Assembly: GCA_964481275.1 (NCBI GenBank)
Contig: CAYZTD010000006.1
Span: 27,643-91,642 of the forward strand
Length of the DNA stretch: 64,000 nucleotides
Source: an uncultured Thermoplasmatales archaeon
GTDB lineage: Archaea > Thermoplasmatota > E2 > DHVEG-1
Direction of reading: 5' to 3'
Positions 46,692 through 56,856 of this stretch are shown piece after piece. Position 1 is the first letter of the stretch; each line of letters starts with the position of its first letter. The notes under the pieces were generated by a model. It searched no databases and had not been told where the DNA came from. It saw only the letters and a list, made by a program, of their open reading frames with translations. Both the position numbers and the translations under genes were made by a program.

Positions 46692-47651
46692 TTATTTTAA
46701 TCTATTTCTTTCAAGTGCAAATTGTGCTAATAATGATTCTAATTGAATGTGAGCGTTACTCCCCTCTGTTATTCTAAAATCTGTTTCACCTGTTCTTTCA
46801 ATAAGATTTATCTTACTTTCATCTGGAATAGAAAGATCATATATAGTCTGATGAATTTGTTTTACTACATCTTCACCTGAAAGCCCATATTGTATCAATA
46901 AATCATAAAGAATGTTTCTTGCAGCCATAAATTTTCCTTCTAAAGCTGTATTTATAAGTTTTTTAATATCATCTGGTTTAGCAGTAGATGTAGTTTCATA
47001 AAGAAGTTCTGCTGTAATCTTATCATTTGTACTTGCACCAACCTGCAATATGTTTATTGCTTTACGAAGATCACCTTTAGATATAAATATAAGAGTTTCA
47101 AGTCCATCTTTTGTGATTTCTAGTTTCTCTTTTTGTGCAATTATTCTCATATATTTTTTTATATCATCTGGTTTTATAGGACTGAATCTAAAAACAGTAC
47201 ATCTAGATTGAATAGGTTCAATTACTTTAGAAGAATAATTAACAGATAGAATAAAACGACAGATACGGGTATATTTTTCTATAGTTCTTCGAAGCGCAGA
47301 TTGTGCATCATTTGTAAGAGAATCAGCTTCATCTAAAAAAATTATTTTAAAATCAGCTTTACCAATCGGTGCAGTTCTTGCAAAATCTTTTATTTTACCT
47401 CTTATAATTCCTATTCCTCTTTCATCACTAGCATTTAATTCATTCAAATTTTGTTTCCAGGTTTCACCAAATAGTTCTTTTGCCATTGCTAAAGCACATG
47501 TTGTTTTACCGGTCCCTGCAGGCCCAGCAAACATAAGATGAGGCACATTTTTTGTTTTTACATATGATTTTAATCGTTCAACTATCTCATTTTGACCTGC
47601 AACATCATCAAGTTTTTTAGGCCTATATTTTTCTATCCAGATTTCCTCCAT
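46692..47651 (-). CDS. rfcS: replication factor C small subunit
   Basis: WIEKYRPKKLDDVAGQ, GPAGTGKTT, LDEADSLT, SRC motif (IQSRCTVF). No intein. Confidence 0.95.
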   Translation of the reverse strand: MEEIWIEKYRPKKLDDVAGQNEIVERLKSYVKTKNVPHLMFAGPAGTGKTTCALAMAKELFGETWKQNLNELNASDERGIGIIRGKIKDFARTAPIGKADFKIIFLDEADSLTNDAQSALRRTIEKYTRICRFILSVNYSSKVIEPIQSRCTVFRFSPIKPDDIKKYMRIIAQKEKLEITKDGLETLIFISKGDLRKAINILQVGASTNDKITAELLYETTSTAKPDDIKKLINTALEGKFMAARNILYDLLIQYGLSGEDVVKQIHQTIYDLSIPDESKINLIERTGETDFRITEGSNAHIQLESLLAQFALERNRLK

Positions 47652-47684
47652 GGTAAAACCAACCCTGTAAGCATCTCTATTAAT

Positions 47685-48242
47685 TTAATCTTTTGTACAA
47701 AATTTTTCAACAAAAATAGGTATTTTTTCAATATTTTTTGATAATCTATGACCATCATTTAAAAATGTCACAGTTGCTTCTTGAGATTTTGCAAAATGTA
47801 TAACCCAACTATTTGGGACTGTTTCATCTTTGGTTCCCATAAGTATTAAAATTTCTGCTTTTATTTTTTCAGTAAAAAATCTTTTTTCTATCATATCTTT
47901 AAGTATTCTTTGAGGCATGTCTTTTATCTTTGTTATATGATAATCTTTTGGAATTATTGCTGGATTAAAAAGTATTAATTTTTTTATTTTTGGTTCATCT
48001 AAAGCTATTTTTGCTGAAAGAAAACCTCCGAGAGATGAACCAATGAGAACTACGTTTTCATCATTTTTTATTTTATTTTTTATGTTTTTTATACATTCTG
48101 ATATAATAAGATCCTCTGGATTGCAATCTCTATATTTAATGGACTCTACGTTTAGTTTTTCTTTTAACAGTTTTCCTTTTGTGCTATCAGGACTTGACAA
48201 ATATCCATGAACATAATATAGTTTAGTTTTATCGATTTGCAT
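47685..48242 (-). CDS. YqiA-like alpha/beta hydrolase (esterase)
   Basis: LYYVHGYLSSPDSTKG N-terminus, nucleophile elbow GSSLGG, and GTKDE / NDGHR. The pattern matches E. coli YqiA (UPF0227). Confidence 0.65.
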   Translation of the reverse strand: MQIDKTKLYYVHGYLSSPDSTKGKLLKEKLNVESIKYRDCNPEDLIISECIKNIKNKIKNDENVVLIGSSLGGFLSAKIALDEPKIKKLILFNPAIIPKDYHITKIKDMPQRILKDMIEKRFFTEKIKAEILILMGTKDETVPNSWVIHFAKSQEATVTFLNDGHRLSKNIEKIPIFVEKFCTKD

Positions 48243-48299
48243 AGTTTTTTCTAAAACCAGATTTTATATAAATTTTACTTAAAAAAAAAATTGAAAAGA

Positions 48300-48545
48300 T
48301 TATTTCTTTTCAATTCCACCCCATTTGGAGATGTACATTATTCCAAACACACAGAGTATTGTGATTACTATTACTATTATTACGCCACCAATAATTGCTT
48401 CTGTGCTGTCAAAACCTCCATCTTGCCACCATCCATAGAATTTTAATATTCCTATTATGACATCTCTCCATAATAGAGCTATCACAAATCCAAAAGCAGC
48501 AGCAATAGCTGTGGCTATATTTATTTTTACTTCTTTTAATTTCAT
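48300..48545 (-). CDS. small two-TM membrane protein
   Basis: MKLKEVKINIATAIAAAFGFVIALLW... ATG 48545 follows GGGGAGAAG, and the track start is TTG 48563. Confidence 0.5.
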   Translation of the reverse strand: MKLKEVKINIATAIAAAFGFVIALLWRDVIIGILKFYGWWQDGGFDSTEAIIGGVIIVIVITILCVFGIMYISKWGGIEKK

Positions 48546-48684
48546 TTTCTTTCTTCTCCCCAAAAATATTTTATATATTATAATCTCAAAATATGTATTT
48601 AAAATTAATCTATAGATATGTGAAAAATGTAAGAACTATATTTATTCCGAAGATTTATATATAGATATTTATTTAACTTTTGTA

Positions 48685-49293
48685 ATGATAAAGAAAAATT
48701 ATAGAAAAATCTTAACGTTATTGATATGTGCAGGGTTACTAGCAACAGGTATAATCCACTGCAGTGCAACCTCTGTAAATAAAAAGATAGAAAGGCAGGA
48801 TCAGAACATTGTTTTAAAAAATAGTGATGTAAATGAAACTCAAAATATTTCATTTAATTATTCAGTTGTAACTTTTGGACCTGCATATCAAATTTCTAAA
48901 ATAGAATTTCATGAAGGACCTGAAAAACAAATCAACAGAATAAATAAATTTTTAACTAGATGGAGATTAAATCCTTTGATACCTGTAGTTTTTTTATTAT
49001 TCAAAGATTTTCCAAATGATCTAGAACTATGCAATGCTTCATTTACAGTCACATATGAAAGAGCTGTTGAAAATGGTTCAAGACTATCATATTTAACTGC
49101 TTATTCAGAACTTTTCAATGATACTAACATGTCTCTTAATGAAACAACCTTTTTATTCAACACGCCCCATAGTATTACAGTTGAAGACTTTAATGGCATA
49201 TTTTATTTCAGCAGAGCAAAATTAATTGGTATTAAACCTGCACAATTCATGTTAGTTGGTGGATGCGGAAACGTTACTGAAAATCCACTCTAG
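48685..49293 (+). CDS. secreted hypothetical protein
   Basis: Signal peptide ILTLLICAGLLATGIIHCSA and several N-x-S/T sequons. No recognised domain. Confidence 0.5.
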   Translation: MIKKNYRKILTLLICAGLLATGIIHCSATSVNKKIERQDQNIVLKNSDVNETQNISFNYSVVTFGPAYQISKIEFHEGPEKQINRINKFLTRWRLNPLIPVVFLLFKDFPNDLELCNASFTVTYERAVENGSRLSYLTAYSELFNDTNMSLNETTFLFNTPHSITVEDFNGIFYFSRAKLIGIKPAQFMLVGGCGNVTENPL

Positions 49294-49301
49294 AAAAAAT
49301 A

Positions 49302-49700
49302 TTATTCTGAGTTAATAAATTCCAAATAAACTTTTCTTGAACGAGGGCCATCACCCTCATAAAAAAATATATGTTGCCATGTACCAAGAACAAGTTTTTT
49401 ATCGTTTACAATAATAGTCACAGAAGATCCTATAAGACTTGATTTTATGTGTGCATCACTATTTCCTTCGCTATGATGATAATCTCCACGTTCTGGTATC
49501 AAATTTTTTAAATTTGTAATAATATCTCTTTGAACACTTGTATCTGCACCTTCATTAATTGTCACACCTGCAGTTGTATGAGGTACATATACAACTACAA
49601 CTCCATTTTCTAGATTTTCATCTTCTATTGTTTCTTGAATGTCATTTGTTATATCAACCATCTCATTTCTTTTATTTGTCTTAACTTTTATCTCCCTCAT
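49302..49700 (-). CDS. YjbQ/UPF0047 family protein (secondary thiamine-phosphate synthase-like)
   Basis: VVVYVPHTTAGVTINEGADTSVQRD, HHSEGNSDAHIKSSLIG, and LGTWQHIFFYEGDGPRSR. ATG 49700 is preferred over TTG 49712. Confidence 0.85.
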   Translation of the reverse strand: MREIKVKTNKRNEMVDITNDIQETIEDENLENGVVVVYVPHTTAGVTINEGADTSVQRDIITNLKNLIPERGDYHHSEGNSDAHIKSSLIGSSVTIIVNDKKLVLGTWQHIFFYEGDGPRSRKVYLEFINSE

Positions 49701-49795
49701 AAAAATTCCCAACTTTTTAAATTAGTTAAATATTTAAATATTGTTTTTATGGATAAGTTTTTTGTAAGAACATATGATTTCAGAGTCAAATCAGG

Positions 49796-50413
49796 ATGAA
49801 AAAATATATGGAAAAAATAAAACCAAGCGCAATTCTTTTTGATATGGATGGAGTACTTGTTGATAGCCTTGATTCATGGTGGAATGCTTTAAATTACTCA
49901 CTTAAACATTTCAAACACAAAACTATTTCAAAAAAAGAATTTATAGAAAAATACTGGGGGCATGATCTTTTCTACAATCTAAATAAAATGAAACTACCAG
50001 AAAAAGTAGGACTTTTTTGTAATGAGGTTTACTATAAATATGTTGATAAAATTAAATTATATCCATATGTAAAAGAAACTCTTGAAAAATTAGAATCATA
50101 TAAAAAAAGTATTATCACAAACACTCCAAAAAAATGTACAAATCAGATTTTAAAAAATTTTGAACTGGAAAAATATTTTGATTTTGTAATTACTAGTTCT
50201 GATGTATCTATTGCAAAACCAGATCCTGAAATTGTTATTAAATCATGTGAAAAATTAAATGTTAAACCAGAAACTACTGTTCTTGTTGGTGATACAGATA
50301 GCGATATCAAAGCAGGAAAAGCTGCGGGATGTACTGTTATTGGTGTAAAAATAAAAGGAGATTATTTAATAGAAGATATATCCAAGCTACCTGATATTTT
50401 AGTAATTGATTAA
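49796..50413 (+). CDS. HAD-superfamily hydrolase (phosphatase, subfamily IA-like)
   Basis: ILFDMDGVLVDS (motif I), ITNTP (motif II), GDTDSDIKAGKAAG (motif IV). Confidence 0.85.
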   Translation: MKKYMEKIKPSAILFDMDGVLVDSLDSWWNALNYSLKHFKHKTISKKEFIEKYWGHDLFYNLNKMKLPEKVGLFCNEVYYKYVDKIKLYPYVKETLEKLESYKKSIITNTPKKCTNQILKNFELEKYFDFVITSSDVSIAKPDPEIVIKSCEKLNVKPETTVLVGDTDSDIKAGKAAGCTVIGVKIKGDYLIEDISKLPDILVID

Positions 50414-50455
50414 TATAATAATATAAAAAATCTTGATTACTGTTTTATCAATTAT

Positions 50456-50651
50456 TTATCTTACATTAAGCTGAAGATCATCATGTTCTAAAGAACGGAT
50501 TTTTAAGATATCCATAGTAACATCAAAATCTACCAGAGGATCTGTATCATCATTAGATGACAATATATTAGAAACTCTGGTAGAAAAGCTTGATATAAGT
50601 AAAATTAAGATTGAAACTAAAAATAAGTAAATTTCTAATTTATTTTTTCAT
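50456..50651 (-). pseudogene. small membrane/secreted protein interrupted at an A6 run (frameshift, sequencing error or alternative start)
   Basis: ATG AAA AAA TAA at 50651-50640. Removing one A gives a 65-aa ORF MKNKLEIYLFLVSILILLISSFSTRVSNILSSNDDTDPLVDFDVTMDILKIRSLEHDDLQLNVR ending at 50456. The span is 196 nt, i.e. 3n+1. Confidence 0.3.
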
Positions 50652-50818
50652 AGAAAAATACCCCTTTTCTTGATAATATGACAAAAGAATTATAAATATA
50701 TTAAGGGTGAAATAAACTTGAATTAATAAATAGTATAGATTATAGTAAAAAATAATCATTTTTAGATAGAAAATTATAATATACCCAATTTTTATTGTAA
50801 ATATGAGAGAGGGGATAC

Positions 50819-51166
50819 ATGAAGATAAGTTCAATCATAGTAATTACATGTATTTTATTTAGCACTATATCTTTAGTTGGTTGCATTGAAGATTATAAAA
50901 CAGAAGAAAAACTTATTGGAGTATGGCTACCAGAAGAAGATTTATACAAAAGTAAAAGATTTGAATTTCTAGAAAATGGTACATGCTACTTTAGAACATA
51001 TAAATACAAAGGAACATATGAAGTAAACGAAACAGAGAAAAAATTGACAGTACATGTAGATAAACTTGGAAAAACTTTTGTTTATAAGTATAAACTCATT
51101 TATGACAAACTCACTTTAACTAATGAAGATACTTTTGATATTATCGTTTATCGAAAACAAGAATGA
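50819..51166 (+). CDS. small lipoprotein, hypothetical
   Basis: Signal peptide with lipobox SLVGC. SD GAGGGG upstream. Confidence 0.6.
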   Translation: MKISSIIVITCILFSTISLVGCIEDYKTEEKLIGVWLPEEDLYKSKRFEFLENGTCYFRTYKYKGTYEVNETEKKLTVHVDKLGKTFVYKYKLIYDKLTLTNEDTFDIIVYRKQE

Positions 51167-51314
51167 AAATAGCTATTTTTAGATTAGATAATATTTAAGT
51201 AAAGATAATTATTAAAGAGATAGATATGAGGAAAAGAAATTTTATGAAACAAAGTAAATCTATATAACTTCAACTACAACCTTTTCCACAATAGATTTAG
51301 GAATAAGTGATATA

Positions 51315-51818
51315 ATGAATTCGAAAGATGAACTTCTTAAAAAAGCATATGATTTAGCATATAAATATGAAGCAGAAAGAGGTAGTTGCCCGCAGTGTGT
51401 ATATTCAGCAATAATGGAAGCTTTAGACATAGGCGATCCTAGTGTAGTAAAAGCAGCTGATGCTCTTGCTGGAGGTACTGCTCTCTCAACAGAAGGGACA
51501 TGCGGAGCATTGGTAGGTGGCCTTATGGCAATCAGCAGTGTAGTTGGTAGAACTTACAATGCTTTTTCCAAAGGCGATAGCAAACGGAGAGTTTTTCAAC
51601 CATCAAAAAAACTATATGATAACTTCAAAAAGGAATATGAATCAATTAACTGTAGAGACGTACATAAAAAACTCTTTGGAAGAACTTTTAATTTGATGGA
51701 TAAAGATGATTACGCAGAGTTTGAAAAAATGGGCGGTCATATTGATAAATGTCCTGAAGTTTCTGGAAAAGTTGCAAGATGGACTGCTGAAATTATTTTA
51801 GATGATATTTTAAAATAA
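51315..51818 (+). CDS. C_GCAxxG_C_C family protein
   Basis: ERGSCPQCVYSA, GTCGALVGGLMAIS and KCPEV follow the Cys pattern that names the family. Confidence 0.85.
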   Translation: MNSKDELLKKAYDLAYKYEAERGSCPQCVYSAIMEALDIGDPSVVKAADALAGGTALSTEGTCGALVGGLMAISSVVGRTYNAFSKGDSKRRVFQPSKKLYDNFKKEYESINCRDVHKKLFGRTFNLMDKDDYAEFEKMGGHIDKCPEVSGKVARWTAEIILDDILK

Positions 51819-51879
51819 TATTTTTTATATTTATAGTCGATAAAATTATATACTTTATATCTGTTTAATATTTTATAGG

Positions 51880-53598
51880 ATGAGAAAAATGAAAAACAAG
51901 TTTATTGTTATTTCAATTGTTTTATTGTTATTTTTAACACAAATTGCTTTTGGTATGAAAATAGAAAACCATAAAGAAAATACTATTAAAAACAACATAA
52001 ACTCTGACTTACCTTCATATTTTAGTTGGAGAGATATAGATGGAGTAGATTTTACAACACCGATACGTGCACAACAACCATATGCAAGTTGTGAAAGCTT
52101 TGCTTATGTTGCAGCACTTGAAACAATGGTACAATGGGAGGTGGGATATCCTTTCGGTTGTGACTTATCTGAAGCACATCTATATTTTTGGAGCGGAGGG
52201 AATCGCGATTGGGGAAGTTATCCTGAAAATGATACCAACTTTTTAGTTGAACATGGAGTCCCTGATGAAGCATGTTGGCCTTATCCAGGGCATTTAGAAA
52301 AACCTATAGTTTTTCCAAAAAATACAACCTGTGACAACTGGAGAGAAAGAACTGTTAAAATCAAAAACTGGAGTTATCTACCACCAAACAATATAACAGC
52401 GATAAAAGAAGCACTAATAAATAATGGACCAGTTCCAACTCATTTAAATGTTTACAAAGATTTTGGATATTACAAAGGAGGGATATATAAACATAGATGG
52501 GGTGATTCACAAGCTCTTCATCTTGTATGTATTGTAGGTTACAAAGATGATCCAAGTATATCTTCTGGTGGCTATTGGATTTGTAAAAACAGCTGGGGAA
52601 CCCATCTTAAATCAGGGAGACCCTGGGGAGAAAACGGATGGTTTAGAATTGCATATGGTGAAGCAAGTATTGAAGAAATGCCTGTTTTATTTGAAGGAGT
52701 CTATGGACAATTTCCAATTCTTTATGTTGATGATGACAACACAGAAGGTCCCTGGGATGGAAGTAAAGAAAACCCCTACAAGAATATTTCAGATGCAATA
52801 GATAAAGCATACAAGGGATGGACAGTTTTTGTTAAAAATGGAACCTATGAGGAAAATCTTGTTATAAACAAAACCATAAATATAGATGGAGAAAACAAAG
52901 AAAATACAATCATTGATGGAAAAGGAGAAAGTGTTGTAGTATACGTGCAAGCACCAGAGGTGAGAATATCTGGCCTCACTATTCAAAATAGCGGTAAAAA
53001 AAGATTAGATTCAGGTATCAGAACACTTACTCTTGATTCAAATCTTACTGTAAAAGATTGTATAATTAAAAACAGTGATGTAGGTATATATCTTAACTGT
53101 ATTGATACATTTAGTTATAAAAAATCAGGAAACAAAATCTTTAATAACACAATTACAAACAATGACATTGGAATTTTTACAACATGGGCAAATAACAATA
53201 AAATCAAAGGAAATATTATTTCTAATAATAAACTACATGGAATAGAGATGGAAGCAAGTAAAACTTCAGTCATTAAAAACAATACAATTTCTGATAACAA
53301 AGAAAAAGGAATCTTTTTACATGGAGCCTGTGATTATAATAAGATTCTAGAAAACAATCTTGAAAATAACTCATATGGTCTTTTAATTTCAGAAACAAAA
53401 AGATGTAAAATAGAATATAATAACTTTATAGATAACGACAAACAGGCAGGTTTTTTAAGTTCAAGGTTTAACATATGGCTAAATAATTACTGGTCTGATT
53501 GGAATAAAATTTTACCAAGACCTATAAAAGGAACAATAAATATTGGAAACATACCATGGATCAATTTTGATTTGCATCCTTCAACTCAGATAAACTAA
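51880..53598 (+). CDS. secreted papain-like cysteine protease fused to right-handed parallel beta-helix repeats
   Basis: Signal peptide. QQPYASCESFAYVAALE (Cys), LHLVCIVGYKD (His), WICKNSWG. The C-terminal half has repeated NN.I..N..GI units typical of pectate-lyase/NosD-type beta-helices. Confidence 0.8.
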   Translation: MRKMKNKFIVISIVLLLFLTQIAFGMKIENHKENTIKNNINSDLPSYFSWRDIDGVDFTTPIRAQQPYASCESFAYVAALETMVQWEVGYPFGCDLSEAHLYFWSGGNRDWGSYPENDTNFLVEHGVPDEACWPYPGHLEKPIVFPKNTTCDNWRERTVKIKNWSYLPPNNITAIKEALINNGPVPTHLNVYKDFGYYKGGIYKHRWGDSQALHLVCIVGYKDDPSISSGGYWICKNSWGTHLKSGRPWGENGWFRIAYGEASIEEMPVLFEGVYGQFPILYVDDDNTEGPWDGSKENPYKNISDAIDKAYKGWTVFVKNGTYEENLVINKTINIDGENKENTIIDGKGESVVVYVQAPEVRISGLTIQNSGKKRLDSGIRTLTLDSNLTVKDCIIKNSDVGIYLNCIDTFSYKKSGNKIFNNTITNNDIGIFTTWANNNKIKGNIISNNKLHGIEMEASKTSVIKNNTISDNKEKGIFLHGACDYNKILENNLENNSYGLLISETKRCKIEYNNFIDNDKQAGFLSSRFNIWLNNYWSDWNKILPRPIKGTINIGNIPWINFDLHPSTQIN

Positions 53599-54430
53599 AA
53601 TGTTTTTCTGTTGTAAGCCAATGATTAGGTAGATTACTACTTTTTATTCCATTATCAGGGTTATAGTAATAAATATCATTAAAAAAAGCCCAGTATTCTT
53701 CTACAGGATATGGCCTTGTTTTGAAATAATTAATTCCAACACCTGAAGATGAAACAAGTGTATTTGTATCATCATCCCAATAGGGTCCACTTGTTGCTTC
53801 TAGTTCATACCAGTTTCCATTTTGATAGATTTGTACCCATGCATGACCACTACTCTCACCTGAAAAAGAAACATTTCCGACAACCACTCTAACATTATCT
53901 TTAGAAAAACCCATACCTTCAATGATACTTACAAGTGTATAAGCCTGGCTTTCACAGTCACTTGCCATGTCATCCACAGGATTTTGAGGAAACAATGTTT
54001 TGTTTGGAGTATCTTCAATAAAGACTTTTGGTTTGAGCCACCACTCATTCTTATTATGTAGTGTATTATCTGAAACCCATGTCCACTGAACCGCAGCATT
54101 ATATGCATCAGAAATACTAGTAAAATCATTAGATTGAATATAATTTGTAACTGCTGGATGGTTAGGTGTTACAAAGGTTTGATAATGTGAAAGTCTATCT
54201 GGTTTTGTAAAATTGATTTTTGGTTCAAGAAGACCTCTATTTTCTCCATCTTCACTTCTAATACGCTTAATCATCTCATATTTTTTAAGATCCTCTCTAA
54301 CTTTTAACTTAAAATCTTGAAGTTGTTGTTCATAAGTATCATCCCTTTCTCCACCAATGTATAAATATGTTACAGCTGAAAAAACAAGGATTACTGCTAA
54401 CATTATACCAAAAATTGATAAATTATTCAT
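53561..54430 (-). CDS. transglutaminase-like domain protein, membrane anchored
   Basis: N-terminal TM segment. MASDCESQAYTLVSII ... SGHAWVQIY ... WYELEAT follows a Cys-His-Glu/Asp core pattern. Its 3' end overlaps the convergent protease gene by 38 nt. Confidence 0.7.
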   Translation of the reverse strand: MNNLSIFGIMLAVILVFSAVTYLYIGGERDDTYEQQLQDFKLKVREDLKKYEMIKRIRSEDGENRGLLEPKINFTKPDRLSHYQTFVTPNHPAVTNYIQSNDFTSISDAYNAAVQWTWVSDNTLHNKNEWWLKPKVFIEDTPNKTLFPQNPVDDMASDCESQAYTLVSIIEGMGFSKDNVRVVVGNVSFSGESSGHAWVQIYQNGNWYELEATSGPYWDDDTNTLVSSSGVGINYFKTRPYPVEEYWAFFNDIYYYNPDNGIKSSNLPNHWLTTEKHFSLSELKDANQN

Positions 54431-54521
54431 ACAAAAACCTAAAACATTTGTTTTTGTAATAAATTTATTCTTTTAAAAAACAAAACATTTAAACCGTGTT
54501 AATACATAACACATCCGGTGG

Positions 54522-55493
54522 ATGGGTATGGAATTTGAAAAAATAAATTTACTTAGCACTCTAAATAAAAAAGATGTAGATACTTTAATGGATTTATATT
54601 ATACTGATAACAAAATTTTGAAAGATAAAAATTTTGGAAAAAATGGTAAAAACTCTCTTGAACTTTTAGTTGAAAAAAATCTTATAACAACAAAACTTGA
54701 AAAAAATGAAAATAAGATTTTTTTAACTGACGAAGGACTTGAGATATGTGGGACATATATGTTTCAGCATATAGCACAAAAACAAGGAGATTTTTATAAA
54801 AAAATACAAGACCTACCTGATAGAGCAGTAAGTTGTCTAGTAAATAGAATAATATATCATGAAAGTATGGTTACTGAAACAGGAAAAATTGAACCTGTAA
54901 ATGAACCCTACAGTTTAGATGAAAGTACTTGGTATGAAAGAGTTTTATTTGAAGATGAAAGATTTGTTAATATTATGAATAAATTCTATGAAATATTAGA
55001 AAACATTGGTTTTGTAAAAAATATCGAAGGTGAAAGATTTAGTTCACCAGAAGTAGAAGAATTTTTGAAAAAAACTTACACAAATACAATGGATCTAACA
55101 TGGTCTGAAGAAGATTCTCTTAGATATTATTATTTTTTCTATATTTATGCTAAAGATCAAAAAAACTTGATTAATTTTAGTGGCAGAGGAGAGGATTATA
55201 AATCCATGTTTTTTGATGAAGATACAAACACAACTGAATACTGGTATTCATCAAATATATATAATCCAAGGGAAATGATTTCATCTATTGGGCTTAGTGA
55301 AAAAAGAGTAATAGACTTTCTTGAAGAAATGAAAAAAGAAGGTATTGTTAATGAACGTTATTATCCACTAAGTAACTCTTCATTTTTCAGCGAGCAAGAT
55401 AAAATATTTGTAATTCAAGACATAAATAATTATATGCAATTTATCAAAAGTAAATTTTTAAGTCCGGTTGTAGATTTATTAGTTGGTAAATAG
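54522..55493 (+). CDS. hypothetical protein with wHTH-like segments
   Basis: 323 aa. N-terminal SLELLVEKNLITTKLEKNENKIFLTDEGLE and C-terminal RVIDFLEEMKKEGIVNERYYP look winged-helix-like. ATG 54528 after the SD GGTGG is an alternative start. Confidence 0.5.
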   Translation: MGMEFEKINLLSTLNKKDVDTLMDLYYTDNKILKDKNFGKNGKNSLELLVEKNLITTKLEKNENKIFLTDEGLEICGTYMFQHIAQKQGDFYKKIQDLPDRAVSCLVNRIIYHESMVTETGKIEPVNEPYSLDESTWYERVLFEDERFVNIMNKFYEILENIGFVKNIEGERFSSPEVEEFLKKTYTNTMDLTWSEEDSLRYYYFFYIYAKDQKNLINFSGRGEDYKSMFFDEDTNTTEYWYSSNIYNPREMISSIGLSEKRVIDFLEEMKKEGIVNERYYPLSNSSFFSEQDKIFVIQDINNYMQFIKSKFLSPVVDLLVGK

Positions 55494-55665
55494 TATAATT
55501 TAATAAATTAAAATAGTCAAAAATTTTTCTTTTTAATAGTTATACTGCTCTTATTTCTACTATATAATAATTTATACATTTTGACGTTTTTACAGGAAAA
55601 CCTTATATATTATGCTAGATAGAATATAACATGTCAATATATGACAATATGGGTGGTAAAAAAAT

Positions 55666-55746
55666 ATGGATAAAATTGTTATAACAGGAGCAGTAACAAC
55701 TGCTTTAATTGCCGCAGCAACATATAGGATATCTTTAGGCATCTAG
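55666..55746 (+). CDS. 26-aa hydrophobic peptide, hypothetical
   Basis: MDKIVITGAVTTALIAAATYRISLGI. The SD GGGTGG lies about 9 nt upstream. Below the track cutoff, and the coding status is uncertain. Confidence 0.25.
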   Translation: MDKIVITGAVTTALIAAATYRISLGI

Positions 55747-55782
55747 TGTAATATTTTTAATCAAAAAATTATCTAGTGTTTT

Positions 55783-56766
55783 TTAAAACAATTCTGGCAA
55801 ACAACTTAACTTATACTGTTCATCAGTAACAAAAAATGATTGTTTTTTTATAGCACCAGAAAATTTTGAATTTATTTCATCAAGTATACTCATAAGTTCT
55901 TCGAGATTTTTTACAACAAATTCTGGTTCTAAATCAGCCCAACCAAGAGCTAGATTCATAAATTCTAAGTAAGGTTTGCTTTCAAGATGTTCAATTATTA
56001 GTTTTTTCATCTTATGATTTTTTAAATAAATATCAACTTTATAACTTTGAAGATTTAGCTTTGAGATATCAATATCTACACGGAATGCTTTTATTACTCC
56101 AGATTTGATAAGATTTTTTATTCTATAGTTTATTGTCTGCGAAGAACAATTAAATTTATCTGCAAGATCTATAAGAGAAGCACGAGCATTTTCCGCCAAC
56201 TCATTTAAAAGTTTGTAGTCAAGTTCATCGATTTCAACTGTGATTTGCCCGCATGTCTGCTTACAAATCTCCCTATCTTTTTTCAGTTCAACATTATCGA
56301 ATCCAGATAATAAATAAGATTTTTCATAAACGTTTGCCTGGATATATATTGATATTGAATATTTTTCGAAATATTCTTCATATTTATCAAGTGTTTTGTT
56401 CCAAAAATTATAAAACTCAAAAATATTATTTACCCATAAAACAACATCTAAATCGATCTCACTTTTTATTGTTGCTACAACCCAAGAATTTTTATAATCT
56501 ACAAAATATTTTATAATTTCATTTTTTATATCCTTTGTAATATACTGAAAATCAATATAAATTCTGAAAACATCATATCCAAGTTTAAAAGTATCAATAA
56601 CAGTCCAGTAATTCTTAATTAATCCTTCTTCTTCCATATTATTTATTCTATATGATACTACATCTCGGCCTAGACCTACTTTTTTACCTATCTGACTATT
56701 TGACTGCCTACAATCTAAATCCAACTCATATAAAATTTTTCTGTCTTTTAAATCGATTTTAGACAT
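55783..56766 (-). CDS. tandem (double) Lrp/AsnC-type transcriptional regulator
   Basis: Two HTH_AsnC-like units: LKDRKILYELDLDCRQSNSQIGKKVGLGRDVVSYRINNMEEEGLI and LDYKLLNELAENARASLIDLADKFNCSSQTINYRIKNLIKSGVI. Each is followed by a RAM-like region. The gene is divergent from the radical SAM gene. Confidence 0.75.
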   Translation of the reverse strand: MSKIDLKDRKILYELDLDCRQSNSQIGKKVGLGRDVVSYRINNMEEEGLIKNYWTVIDTFKLGYDVFRIYIDFQYITKDIKNEIIKYFVDYKNSWVVATIKSEIDLDVVLWVNNIFEFYNFWNKTLDKYEEYFEKYSISIYIQANVYEKSYLLSGFDNVELKKDREICKQTCGQITVEIDELDYKLLNELAENARASLIDLADKFNCSSQTINYRIKNLIKSGVIKAFRVDIDISKLNLQSYKVDIYLKNHKMKKLIIEHLESKPYLEFMNLALGWADLEPEFVVKNLEELMSILDEINSKFSGAIKKQSFFVTDEQYKLSCLPELF

Positions 56767-56856
56767 AATATTACAACTTTGTAACTTCTTATCTCTATTT
56801 TAGAATTTTGCATTTTAGTTAAATATATAAAGAAATAATTTATTGAAATAAATAGG

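Noticed and set aside
30966-49293. Possible paralogy between secreted proteins 30966-31667 and 48685-49293 (HTIAVLNFRGF versus HSITVEDFNGIF)
   Set aside because: Only one roughly 10-residue motif matches by eye, which is insufficient without an alignment statistic.
50640-50834. 64-aa minus ORF (MNLSSCIPSLIF...)
   Set aside because: The I/Y/L-rich composition is nonsensical. It overlaps the promoter and start of the 50819 lipoprotein gene. The region is better explained by the frameshifted small ORF at 50456-50651 plus spacer.
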